Part shown: one piece after another, positions 8,674 to 16,788 of the stretch | How the letters are laid out: every line of letters starts with the position of its first letter | Numbering within the stretch: position 1 is the stretch's first letter | Source of the DNA: Nanobdellota archaeon | GTDB taxonomy: Archaea; Nanobdellota; Nanobdellia; Pacearchaeales; GW2011-AR1 | Assembly (NCBI GenBank): GCA_038045405.1 | Contig: JBBSYF010000001.1 | Coordinates: 101,175-165,174 of the forward strand | Direction: 5' to 3' | Length of the DNA stretch: 64,000 bases | The notes under the pieces: model-generated | The model's input: only the letters and a program-made list of their open reading frames with translations | What the model was told of the DNA's origin: nothing | Database searches by the model: none | Program-made: the position numbers and the translations under genes

Positions 8674-8979
8674 TTATTTGAATTCTTTGACAACGTCAAG
8701 TATTTTTTTTGATTCATCTTCGTCTAAACTAACATCAGTGAATATTTTGTTCAAATTCTCAGCATCTTCAGGTAAAAAATCAATAACTTTGGCAATATGT
8801 TCAAGTTTTACTTTTATTAAGTTTAAAGATTCAAGTTTTACTTTCATTTTTTTTGCGTCTTTATCATCCAATTTCACAAATCTCTTTATGAACTTTTTAA
8901 GCTCTGCCTCACTTTCTTTTTCTTCTCCAAGGTATTCTGTTGCTTCTGCCATACTTAGTGGAGTCATATTTTTTATCAT
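8674..8979 (-). CDS. rpoF: probable RNA polymerase subunit F (Rpb4-like)
   Basis: About 100 aa acidic helical protein between rpl21e and the DUF655 gene, which is the conserved archaeal context for rpoF. The sequence similarity is weak. Confidence 0.4.
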   Translation of the reverse strand: MIKNMTPLSMAEATEYLGEEKESEAELKKFIKRFVKLDDKDAKKMKVKLESLNLIKVKLEHIAKVIDFLPEDAENLNKIFTDVSLDEDESKKILDVVKEFK

Positions 8980-9251
8980 TGTGCTACCTTTTTTCCCATT
9001 ATCATTATTTTTTTAAGATGAACTGGTTCGATTATAAATTGTTTTTCCTTATTTATTTCTTTTATTTTTACTATATAAGACCTTCCTCGTTTGCCGGCTA
9101 TAATTCCCGTTCTTCCTTGAATTCTCCCCGGAAAACTAGACTGAACTGCTTGTTCTTCAACAACTGCCACAGAATCTCCCTCTTTAAACTCTTGAAAATA
9201 TCTACTCAATTGCAGTTTTCCTCTGGTCTTTATTTTTTTCTTTTTAGCCAT
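8976..9251 (-). CDS. rpl21e: 50S ribosomal protein L21e (eL21)
   Basis: FPGRIQGRTGIIAGKRGRSYIVKI...EKQFIIEPVHLK pattern. Confidence 0.8.
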   Translation of the reverse strand: MAKKKKIKTRGKLQLSRYFQEFKEGDSVAVVEEQAVQSSFPGRIQGRTGIIAGKRGRSYIVKIKEINKEKQFIIEPVHLKKIMIMGKKVAQ

Positions 9252-9305
9252 ATAATCTTCAGATTTATTCTATTTAAAAACCTATCTTTAGGCTAGAAAT
9301 CGCTG

Positions 9306-9518
9306 TTATTTATCAAGTGAAATGCCTATTGTGTTCGTGGAAACAAGGTCTCCCTTTGCACTTGCATCTTCCATATTCTTTAGAATAGTATTAAACATCT
9401 TCTCTCCCCAAACACCTCTCCCGCATCTTGCGCAGAAATCAATCACACTTTCTATAGGGATATCAGTTTTACAATAAATACACTTCTTTTGCATTGACAT
9501 TTTCTCTTTTATTATCAC
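9306..9518 (-). CDS. zinc-ribbon hypothetical protein
   Basis: CIYC...(18)...CARCG four-cysteine ribbon; family not recognised. Confidence 0.3.
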   Translation of the reverse strand: MIIKEKMSMQKKCIYCKTDIPIESVIDFCARCGRGVWGEKMFNTILKNMEDASAKGDLVSTNTIGISLDK

Positions 9519-9767
9519 TTCAAAATTTTAAACTTTTTAAAGATTTGTGTTTATTTTTATTTTAAGTCAATAACAAATCGAATTTGTTACTTTATTCTCA
9601 TTCATAACGCAAAGCATCAACTGGCTTCAATCTGGAAGCTTGGTCATTTGTTATCTCAGAAAAATCAAGGATCTGAGCTTCCCTCATCACCTTGAGTTCT
9701 TTAGCTACAAAGTGTATTTAAATCTAACTGTAAAAAGCTTTAAAAACCATAAATCAAGATTAGTATT

Positions 9768-9965
9768 ATGATAATCCCTGTTCGATGCTTCTCCTGCGGA
9801 AAACCTGTTGGTCATTTGTGGGAAGAATACAAAAAACGTGTAGCTGCTGGCGAAAAGCCAAAAAAAATTCTCGATGAACTTGGCCTTGAAAGATACTGCT
9901 GCAGAGCAATGTTCCTCGGACAAGAAGACTACATAGAGTTAGTAAGCAAGTTCAAGAAAAGTTAA
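9768..9965 (+). CDS. rpoN: DNA-directed RNA polymerase subunit N (Rpb10 homologue)
   Basis: MIIPVRCFSCGK...RYCCRAMFL is the canonical RpoN sequence. Confidence 0.85.
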   Translation: MIIPVRCFSCGKPVGHLWEEYKKRVAAGEKPKKILDELGLERYCCRAMFLGQEDYIELVSKFKKS

Positions 9966-10086
9966 TTCTTTATTCTGTTTATAAAAATAGTACGAAAAAG
10001 AAGTTTTGAAACGTTCTTAAATTACCAAAAAGAAAATGAAAGCAAACATGAAATTTTCATTCATCTTATTCAAGAAAAATAAAAAT

Positions 10087-10202
10087 GAAAGACAGCACCA
10101 TTGCTTCGCGTCTTTTCGGACACTAACACAAGCGGCGTAGGAAGCTTAACTTCTGTGTTCGGAAAGGGAACAGGTGTTTCCAACCTACTATGGCCGTCTT
10201 CT
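10087..10202 (-). rRNA. 5S ribosomal RNA, orphan and not linked to 16S/23S
   Basis: The reverse complement contains GGCCATAG...GGAAACACCTGTTCCCTTTCCGAACACAGAAGTTAAGC..., the 5S loop C/helix signature. Terminal helix I pairs GAAGACGGC with GCTGTCTTTC. Confidence 0.8.
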
Positions 10203-10222
10203 AAAATCACAGAAAGAAGAGG

Positions 10223-10231
10223 TTTATAAAG
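10223..10231 (-). promoter_or_regulatory. putative archaeal TATA box for the 5S rRNA
   Basis: TTTATAAA (minus-strand sense) lies about 22-29 nt upstream of the inferred 5S 5' end. Confidence 0.35.
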
Positions 10232-10262
10232 ATTTTGTTCTGAATTCTTCTCTCGAGAATGC

Positions 10263-11111
10263 CTATCTTTTATACTTAAGACCTAAAGACTTCCAGTAAA
10301 TAAAACCAAAAAGAATTGAAATCAAGGTTGCTACTACAAGGACAATAACTAAGAATGGAGTGTGTGCACTGAAATAAGCTTCTGATAATGCAGGGATTCC
10401 AAATATTGCCCCAATAGTTCCCGGAACAGAAACCACAATACTAACAATGGTAAGGATGGTCATTATTACTGTAAGTCTGCCCATAGTATCATTTAGTTCT
10501 CTGTTAGATTTCATCTCAGACTTTGTTCTCAGAGATGCTATTCTGTATATGTGACTTCTACATCTTTCAAGCCAATATCTTGCTTCTGTACTTAAAACAT
10601 CATAATCAAAATTAACAAGTTCAGTATCGAATTGTTTGATATCTCTTTGTTTTAAAACAATGATTAGTTCAACAAAACTTTCCATTTTGTCTGTTAGTCT
10701 TCTTAGCGCTCTTCCAGAGTCTTCAACTAGGTCAAGAACGGGGTCTGATTCTAGCTCGTTCATTCTATCTCTAATGTTTTGAAACTGTTCGGAGTAATTT
10801 TTAAGGACGTGTTTTAGCATAAGAAAAGTCATAAGTGTACTCTCTCCATTAGGTTTCATTGAAGAAGTTTTGTAATTTTTACTGTGGTTGTTAAATCCCT
10901 TAGGAGCATAAACGAAAACGTTCTTCTTTGAAATGACTATAAGACATTTATCTTCAGTTTCACGATAAAGAGGAAAATACAATACCGAAACTTTGTCCTG
11001 ATAATCAAAAAAAGGCAGTTCTAATTTTAGTAATGAGTCAATGTCCCTTTGTATTTTAGCAGAAGAAAGGCTCTTTTTTATATCTTCTAATTTTTCAAAA
11101 AAATGAATCAT
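10263..11111 (-). CDS. CorA-like divalent cation transporter family protein
   Basis: Soluble N-terminal domain plus two C-terminal TM helices, with a GIP variant at the GMN position. The fold and length fit CorA/ZntB. Confidence 0.5.
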   Translation of the reverse strand: MIHFFEKLEDIKKSLSSAKIQRDIDSLLKLELPFFDYQDKVSVLYFPLYRETEDKCLIVISKKNVFVYAPKGFNNHSKNYKTSSMKPNGESTLMTFLMLKHVLKNYSEQFQNIRDRMNELESDPVLDLVEDSGRALRRLTDKMESFVELIIVLKQRDIKQFDTELVNFDYDVLSTEARYWLERCRSHIYRIASLRTKSEMKSNRELNDTMGRLTVIMTILTIVSIVVSVPGTIGAIFGIPALSEAYFSAHTPFLVIVLVVATLISILFGFIYWKSLGLKYKR

Positions 11112-11163
11112 CTTCTTTACTAAATAATAACCTTTAAAATATCTTCGCTTCTGTTTAAAGTAA

Positions 11164-11247
11164 GCGGGAATGCCAGAGTGGTCAAATGGGATGCGCTAAG
11201 GACGCATTGGCTTAGTGCCTGCGAAGGTTCAAATCCTTCTTCCCGCA
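11164..11247 (+). tRNA. tRNA-Leu, class II, with an apparent anticodon AAG
   Basis: GCGGGAATGCCAGAGTGGTCAAATGGGATGCGCTAAGGACGCATT...GGTTCAAATCC...TCCCGCA. It is near-identical to the tRNA-Leu(CAA) scaffold, with anticodon loop CTAAGGA. Confidence 0.75.
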
Positions 11248-11276
11248 TACAACATTAATTTCCTATTACGGAAGAC

Positions 11277-11351
11277 GCCCGGGTAGCTCAGCCTGGATAG
11301 AGCGAAAGGTTCCTAACCTTTAGGTCGCAGGTTCAAATCCTGTCTCGGGCA
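11277..11351 (+). tRNA. tRNA-Arg(CCU)
   Basis: GCCCGGGTAGCTCAGCCTGGATAGAGCGAAAGGTTCCTAACCTTTAGGTCGCAGGTTCAAATCCTGTCTCGGGCA, with anticodon loop TTCCTAA. Confidence 0.8.
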
Positions 11352-11379
11352 TGAGGTAAAAGTTAATTAATCCACCAAA

Positions 11380-12090
11380 ATGTACAAAACAAAAATAAAA
11401 AAATTTGTAAGAGAAGCTTCAATACCTCTGGTATTTTTAGTCCTATACTACTTTTTATTCCATTTTCAAAAATTTATTTCATTGCCAACTCAAGACAAGT
11501 TCATGGATTTAATCTTAAATTTCATGAATACCCAAAACATCTTTTTAATATTTTTAATAGCATTAGTTGAAGGGGGGCTGATCTTAGGTCAATATTCTCC
11601 AGGAGGTATTGTTATTTTTTTGAGTATAATGTCTGCAGAAGGAAATATTCCCAAAATGATTTTGCTTCTTTCAGTTATATCACTTGCTTATTTGTTAGCA
11701 TATTCCCTTGATTACCTCTTCGGTTATTATGGGGTAGAAACTGTCATTAAAAAATTAGGTTTTGAAAAAAAAGTTGAAAGATATCGAAAGCTCCTTGATA
11801 AGAATGTTTTTAGTACCATTTTCTTCAGTTACGCCGAAACAAATATTGCCTCGCTTGTGGCAGTATCTTCAGGATTGCTAAAAATCCCCTTCAAAAAATT
11901 CATATACTTCTCGGTAATTTCTGTTATCTTTTGGAACACTTTTTGGGCAGTTGTTCTTTACTTCTTTGGAAATGCCATCCTGAGCATATTTGGAACTACT
12001 TACCTCGTAATAATCTTAGCAATATGGGTTTTGATTGTTTTTTATAACAATTTCTTAAAAAAGGAAGAAACAATTAACGTAAGCTCTTAA
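11380..12090 (+). CDS. DedA/SNARE-associated (TVP38-like) family membrane protein
   Basis: Polytopic membrane protein with a ...GLILGQYSPGG... and ...LDYLFGYYG... pattern. Confidence 0.45.
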   Translation: MYKTKIKKFVREASIPLVFLVLYYFLFHFQKFISLPTQDKFMDLILNFMNTQNIFLIFLIALVEGGLILGQYSPGGIVIFLSIMSAEGNIPKMILLLSVISLAYLLAYSLDYLFGYYGVETVIKKLGFEKKVERYRKLLDKNVFSTIFFSYAETNIASLVAVSSGLLKIPFKKFIYFSVISVIFWNTFWAVVLYFFGNAILSIFGTTYLVIILAIWVLIVFYNNFLKKEETINVSS

Positions 12091-12132
12091 AACCAAATAA
12101 AAATTCTTTATTCTCTTAACAATTTGTTAGAA

Positions 12133-12618
12133 TTAAACAACAAAGTAAAGAATCACTGTTGTATAAAATAAAACAATCAACTCATTCGTTACAAAATACT
12201 TTCCCGAAATTTCGTAGTTATTTTTTAACTTGAAAAGTAGGTAAAGGATAATTACTGATTGCAAGAGTATCACATGAAAGTAGATAAAAAAATCGCTAAA
12301 AAAGAAAATTGCGGCATCTTTTATGTAAGGTGTTATCAAAGAAGTTATGAGCAGGGTAACAAAAAACCCTTCAAAAAAATCACCCTTTTCTTTTCCCTCT
12401 TCTTTATCCTTTCTTGAAAAAATAGAGAACATTCCTTTTTGAAAAAGGTTTGAGAAAGCATATGCTAGACTTAATCCAACAAACCATGATGCTGGAGTCT
12501 TTATATAAGTAAATGACTTTTCAAATATACCAAAATTGGATATCTCTATCAGCGTTATCGCGCCCATAACCCCTAAGACCAAAAGTTCTAAGAGAAAAAA
12601 CTTTACATTCTTGTTCAT
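12133..12618 (-). CDS. hypothetical membrane protein
   Basis: 161 aa ORF with multiple hydrophobic helices. Confidence 0.3.
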   Translation of the reverse strand: MNKNVKFFLLELLVLGVMGAITLIEISNFGIFEKSFTYIKTPASWFVGLSLAYAFSNLFQKGMFSIFSRKDKEEGKEKGDFFEGFFVTLLITSLITPYIKDAAIFFFSDFFIYFHVILLQSVIILYLLFKLKNNYEISGKYFVTNELIVLFYTTVILYFVV

Positions 12619-12758
12619 GAGACAGAAGGTACACCAAATTTAATAAATCTTTACTACGTTACTTCTTCAGAATCAAAAGCCTTTAAAAGAGCTTATTTTT
12701 TAGTCCAGCGGTAGTACCAAATAGCAAAGTTTATAACTTTAATTTTCTTAACCAGAAC

Positions 12759-13631
12759 ATGCCTATCTTCGTAAAACTTACTAAAGAAGACAGAATTAGA
12801 CTATTCAAAGAAGCTAAGAAAAATCTAAATGGTCCATGGAACAAAGTTTACCCTCAGTTTAACATTAGTAAGTCAATGTTTTTTAACTACCTCTCTGGAA
12901 AATATGACATCCCCCAAGACATCTTCTTAAACCTGAAAAAAATAGCAAAATTTAACATATCTAACTATAAACAGTTCAATAAAAACAAATTCATAAAAAA
13001 AGAGATAAAAAATCCAATAATGGACAGTCACCTTGCAGAAATTCTAGGAGTTCTCAATGGTGATGGATACATATCTGATATTAAATATGAAATTAGTGTG
13101 GTTTTAAGTTCCTATGAAAAAAATTATGCTCTTTATCTAAAAAATATGTTTGAAAAAAAATTTAAAACTCATTTTAATCTCATTATTCAACCTGGGAAAA
13201 TCAGATTAAAGACTTATTCTACTGATATTTTTAAAATACTTACTTCTAACTATAACCTTCCAAATGGAAAGAAAAAAGGAAAATTAGCCATCCCAAAACA
13301 AGTTTTTACAAACAGAATATGGCTAATTTCTTATCTTAGGGGGTTATTTGACACTGATGGAAGTTTTTATATTAGAAGAAAAAAAGACCCTGTTATAGAG
13401 ATAAGTAGCGCAGATAAACGATTTTTAAACGAAGTAAAAGATACCTTAATCCATTTAGGATTTAATACATCTATTGGGACTAATAAAATTTCTATTTACA
13501 GAAAAGAAGATATCATCAAATTTTTCAATTTGATAAAACCTGCAAACTCAAAACATTTAAAAAAACATCAAAGTTACTTTAATTTAGGCGCTGGTAGTAT
13601 AATGGCTAGTATATCTGCCTTCCAGGCATAA
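12759..13631 (+). CDS. single-chain LAGLIDADG homing endonuclease-like protein with an N-terminal HTH-like region
   Basis: Two LAGLIDADG motifs, LAEILGVLNGDGYIS and LRGLFDTDGSFYI. The 3' end of the ORF runs into tRNA-Gly exon 1, so the true stop may be read-through ORF extension. Confidence 0.7.
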   Translation: MPIFVKLTKEDRIRLFKEAKKNLNGPWNKVYPQFNISKSMFFNYLSGKYDIPQDIFLNLKKIAKFNISNYKQFNKNKFIKKEIKNPIMDSHLAEILGVLNGDGYISDIKYEISVVLSSYEKNYALYLKNMFEKKFKTHFNLIIQPGKIRLKTYSTDIFKILTSNYNLPNGKKKGKLAIPKQVFTNRIWLISYLRGLFDTDGSFYIRRKKDPVIEISSADKRFLNEVKDTLIHLGFNTSIGTNKISIYRKEDIIKFFNLIKPANSKHLKKHQSYFNLGAGSIMASISAFQA

Positions 13632-13691
13632 AACCTTAAGGATTGAGTGCAAAGAAAGCAGATGGCCCGGGTTCGACTCCCGGCCGGCGCA
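13588..13691 (+). tRNA. tRNA-Gly(UCC) interrupted by an about 32-nt intron at the canonical 37/38 position
   Basis: Exons GCGCTGGTAGTATAATGGCTAGTATATCTGCCTTCCA / AGCAGATGGCCCGGGTTCGACTCCCGGCCGGCGCA match archaeal tRNA-Gly(UCC). The intron GGCATAAAACC...GCAAAGAA can pair with the anticodon loop, as in a bulge-helix-bulge substrate. Confidence 0.75.
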
Positions 13692-13700
13692 TTTTCAAAA

Positions 13701-14657
13701 ATGGACGAAAAAATAGAAAACAAAGGAGAACAGCATACAAACGCAGTTTTAAAAAAACATCCTGAAGCAAAAAAGAAATTTAACTTCAATTACGACAAAC
13801 ATTATGGAAAATTGTTCTTGATTCCAGTGATTCTCATGCTTTTCTCTGTAGGTTACTTATTCTATTTCTATTCTCAAACTGGAGAGTTCATTATCAAAGA
13901 TGTAAGTCTTTCAGGGGGAACAACTATAACTGTTTTCGGAAATTTTTCAGACACTGAAATTCAATCTTTGGAGAGTAGTTTAATGGCCCAGTATGACGAC
14001 ATCTCTTTCAGAAGGCTCACAGAGTCTACTTCAGGTAAGAGCTCTACATTTGTAATTGAAAGCCAAGAAGGGTCGGAAAAGATTACTGCCTCTATAGAAG
14101 AAATACTTGGAATAAAGCTCACACAACAAAACTCCAGCATAGAATTTTCGGATTCTGCTTTAGGTGAAAGTTTCTATCGTCAGTTAATTACCTCTTTGTT
14201 TATTTCTTTTGTATTAATGTCTATAGTTATCTTCATTCTTTTTAGGTCATTTGTTCCAAGTATGGCTGTGATCTTTGCAGCATTCTCTGACATAGTCATG
14301 CCTTTAGCCTTAATCGACTATTTAGGAATAAAACTTTCAGCAGCAGGAATTGCAGCATTCTTAATGTTAATAGGTTACTCGGTAGACACAGACATTCTTC
14401 TTACGACAAGAGCATTAAAGAAACAAGAAGGAACAATAAATGAAAGAATTTATGGAGCATTCAAAACAGGGATATTCATGAATGTAACTGCTTTAGCAGC
14501 AGTTCTTCCCGCATTTTTTATTGTAACGGGCTTACCAGACTCCTTTAGACAAATATTCTTCATTCTTGCATTAGGTTTAGTAGCGGACATTATTAACACA
14601 TGGCTTACAAATGCAAGTATAATCAAGTGGTATTGTGACAGGAAGGGAATAAAATGA
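13701..14657 (+). CDS. secF: protein-export membrane protein SecF
   Basis: C-terminal 6-TM SecD/F domain; the start is taken at ATG 13701 (MDEKIEN) because the listed ORF start lies inside the tRNA. It precedes secD. Confidence 0.7.
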   Translation: MDEKIENKGEQHTNAVLKKHPEAKKKFNFNYDKHYGKLFLIPVILMLFSVGYLFYFYSQTGEFIIKDVSLSGGTTITVFGNFSDTEIQSLESSLMAQYDDISFRRLTESTSGKSSTFVIESQEGSEKITASIEEILGIKLTQQNSSIEFSDSALGESFYRQLITSLFISFVLMSIVIFILFRSFVPSMAVIFAAFSDIVMPLALIDYLGIKLSAAGIAAFLMLIGYSVDTDILLTTRALKKQEGTINERIYGAFKTGIFMNVTALAAVLPAFFIVTGLPDSFRQIFFILALGLVADIINTWLTNASIIKWYCDRKGIK

Positions 14658-16300
14658 AAATATCTTGGAGAGTTTGGGTTTTGACCTTCGTACTCGCGCT
14701 TTCATTAGTTTCAATCCTTAACATTTCTTTGGCTTCCAACTTTCTCGTTGGGGCGTTAGTACTCTCAATTCCTTTCACTTTAACTTTTTCAAAATCAAGA
14801 ACAACAAAAGTGATCATCATGATTTTGACAGTGATTGCTCTCATACTAATAATCTTTTTTTCATTTCACAAAGGAGCGATAATAACTTCAATAAGTTCAG
14901 ATTCGGTATACTTTACTGATGGACTACGAAAAGGAATGATCATCACGTCAGTTAATAAGAATACGGTGACAAATGTTGAAGACTACATTGCTCAAATAAA
15001 TTTAATAGACTTCCAAGATTATACAAAAATTGAATTTCAAACAAACCAAGGCAATTTTCTTGTTTTGGCAAATCAAACACCAAACATTGTTGTTTCTAAT
15101 GTTCCAAAAACTAATCTAAAAACCGGACTTGACTTGGGTGGTGGAGCTCGTGCCGTTCTTAAGCCGATTAATACAACGCTCTCTCAAAATGACATGAATG
15201 ATTTAGTTTCAGTAACTTCGAGCAGGCTTAACGCTTTTGGAATAAGTGATGTCTCTGTTAGAGGTGTTTCTGATTTGGAAGGGAATAAATTCTTAATGGT
15301 AGAAGTTGCAGGAATGACTCGAGATGACTTAAAAGAAGTAGTGGGCCAACAAGGGAAATTCGAAGCAAAAATAGGGAATGAAACCTCTTTTGTCAAAGGA
15401 GAAAAAGATATCACTTTTGTTTGCAGAGGCGATGCAACTTGTGCGGGAATTGAATCTCTCGGACAAGATTCTTCGGGAGCATATGTCTCTAAATTTAAAT
15501 TCTCAGTATCTCTTAGTCAAGAAGCAGCACAGAGGCAAGCAAGAATAACACAAAATTTAACACTTGATCCTACAGATTCTCAGTCTCTATCAAAAAAATT
15601 AGACTTGTACGTGGATGACAAACTTGTTGAGTCTTTGTCAATAGGGGTTGGTCTAAAAGGTTCAGATACAACTCAGATTCAGATTTCTGGTTCTGGAAAA
15701 GGAGAAACACAACAAGAGGCAGATGATGATGCGCGTAACTCTATGAAAAAACTTCAGACTGTTCTTATAACTGGCAGTCTTCCTTACAAATTAGAGATTG
15801 TAAAATTAGATTCTTCCTCCCCTGTTTTAGGAAAAGATTTTACAAAAAATATAATAATTCTTGGCCTTGTCGTTTTCTCGATAGTTTCTCTTTTTATTTT
15901 TATAAGGTATAAGAAGATTAAAACAACCCTAGCAGTTATCTTAACAATGTTCTCTGAAGCAGTAATCACCTTAGGAATTGCCTCTTTACTTGCATGGAAC
16001 TTAGATGCTCCAAGTATTGCAGGAATTATTGCGGGAATAGGTACTGGAGTTAATGATCAAATTGTAATCATAGCAGAATCTGTTTCTGAAGAATCTTCAA
16101 CTTTAAAACAGAGAATCAAAAGAGCCTTTTTCATAATAATTGGAGCCTTTTTCACTATTTTTGCTGCAATGATACCTTTATTTTGGGCGGGGATTGGAAT
16201 GCTTCAAGGTTTTGCATTCACAACAATAATAGGGATAACTGCAGGAATTTTGATTACGAGGCCGGCATTCACAGAGATTATAAGAAGAATCGAGGAATAA
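14654..16300 (+). CDS. secD: protein-export membrane protein SecD
   Basis: GLDLGGGARAVLKP motif, a large periplasmic-type domain and a C-terminal SecD/F TM domain. Confidence 0.8.
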   Translation: MKISWRVWVLTFVLALSLVSILNISLASNFLVGALVLSIPFTLTFSKSRTTKVIIMILTVIALILIIFFSFHKGAIITSISSDSVYFTDGLRKGMIITSVNKNTVTNVEDYIAQINLIDFQDYTKIEFQTNQGNFLVLANQTPNIVVSNVPKTNLKTGLDLGGGARAVLKPINTTLSQNDMNDLVSVTSSRLNAFGISDVSVRGVSDLEGNKFLMVEVAGMTRDDLKEVVGQQGKFEAKIGNETSFVKGEKDITFVCRGDATCAGIESLGQDSSGAYVSKFKFSVSLSQEAAQRQARITQNLTLDPTDSQSLSKKLDLYVDDKLVESLSIGVGLKGSDTTQIQISGSGKGETQQEADDDARNSMKKLQTVLITGSLPYKLEIVKLDSSSPVLGKDFTKNIIILGLVVFSIVSLFIFIRYKKIKTTLAVILTMFSEAVITLGIASLLAWNLDAPSIAGIIAGIGTGVNDQIVIIAESVSEESSTLKQRIKRAFFIIIGAFFTIFAAMIPLFWAGIGMLQGFAFTTIIGITAGILITRPAFTEIIRRIEE

Positions 16301-16304
16301 TGAG

Positions 16305-16781
16305 ATGAAAAAAAGATTGACTGAAAAGGAGTTTAAGTCTATTTATACAAGAGTACCTCGTTTGTGTGTCGAAATAATAATTGTTAACAAAAAAGGAATT
16401 CTTCTCACTAAAAGATCAATAGAACCATTTAATGGTTTATGGCATTTTCCCGGGGGAGGGGTGTTCTTCCAAGAAACAATAAACCAAGCTATTAAGCGAG
16501 TAGCAAAAAATGAATTGGGAATAAATGTAACTGTACAAAAATTTTTAGGCTATGCAGAATATCCTCATGATGGTTTTAGACACAGTGTTTCGTTAGTTTT
16601 TAAATGCAAAATTTCTAAAAAAGAAAAACCAAGGGCTATTGAACAAGCAGATGACATTAACTTTTTCAACAAAATTCCCAAAGCAATTATTCCTTTCCAC
16701 AGGAAATTACTGAAAGTTTATCTGAAGAGTCTTTTAAACAAAGACAAGACTTCACAAAGAATAAAAACAAAGAAAAACTAA
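16305..16781 (+). CDS. NUDIX hydrolase
   Basis: Nudix box GGGVFFQETINQAIKRVAKNELGI (GX5EX7REUXEEXGU-like). Confidence 0.7.
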   Translation: MKKRLTEKEFKSIYTRVPRLCVEIIIVNKKGILLTKRSIEPFNGLWHFPGGGVFFQETINQAIKRVAKNELGINVTVQKFLGYAEYPHDGFRHSVSLVFKCKISKKEKPRAIEQADDINFFNKIPKAIIPFHRKLLKVYLKSLLNKDKTSQRIKTKKN

Positions 16782-16788
16782 CTCCCTT

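Noticed and set aside
9519-9767. 250-nt gene-free interval examined for CRISPR repeats or ncRNA
   Set aside because: No direct repeats or conserved RNA motifs were seen. It is a divergent promoter region between the zinc-ribbon gene and rpoN. No CRISPR array was found anywhere in the window.
13574-13789. 71-aa minus-strand ORF and the 5' part of the listed 13647..14657 ORF
   Set aside because: Both overlap the tRNA-Gly gene. The minus ORF is antisense to the tRNA and to secF. The secF start was moved to ATG 13701, downstream of the tRNA.
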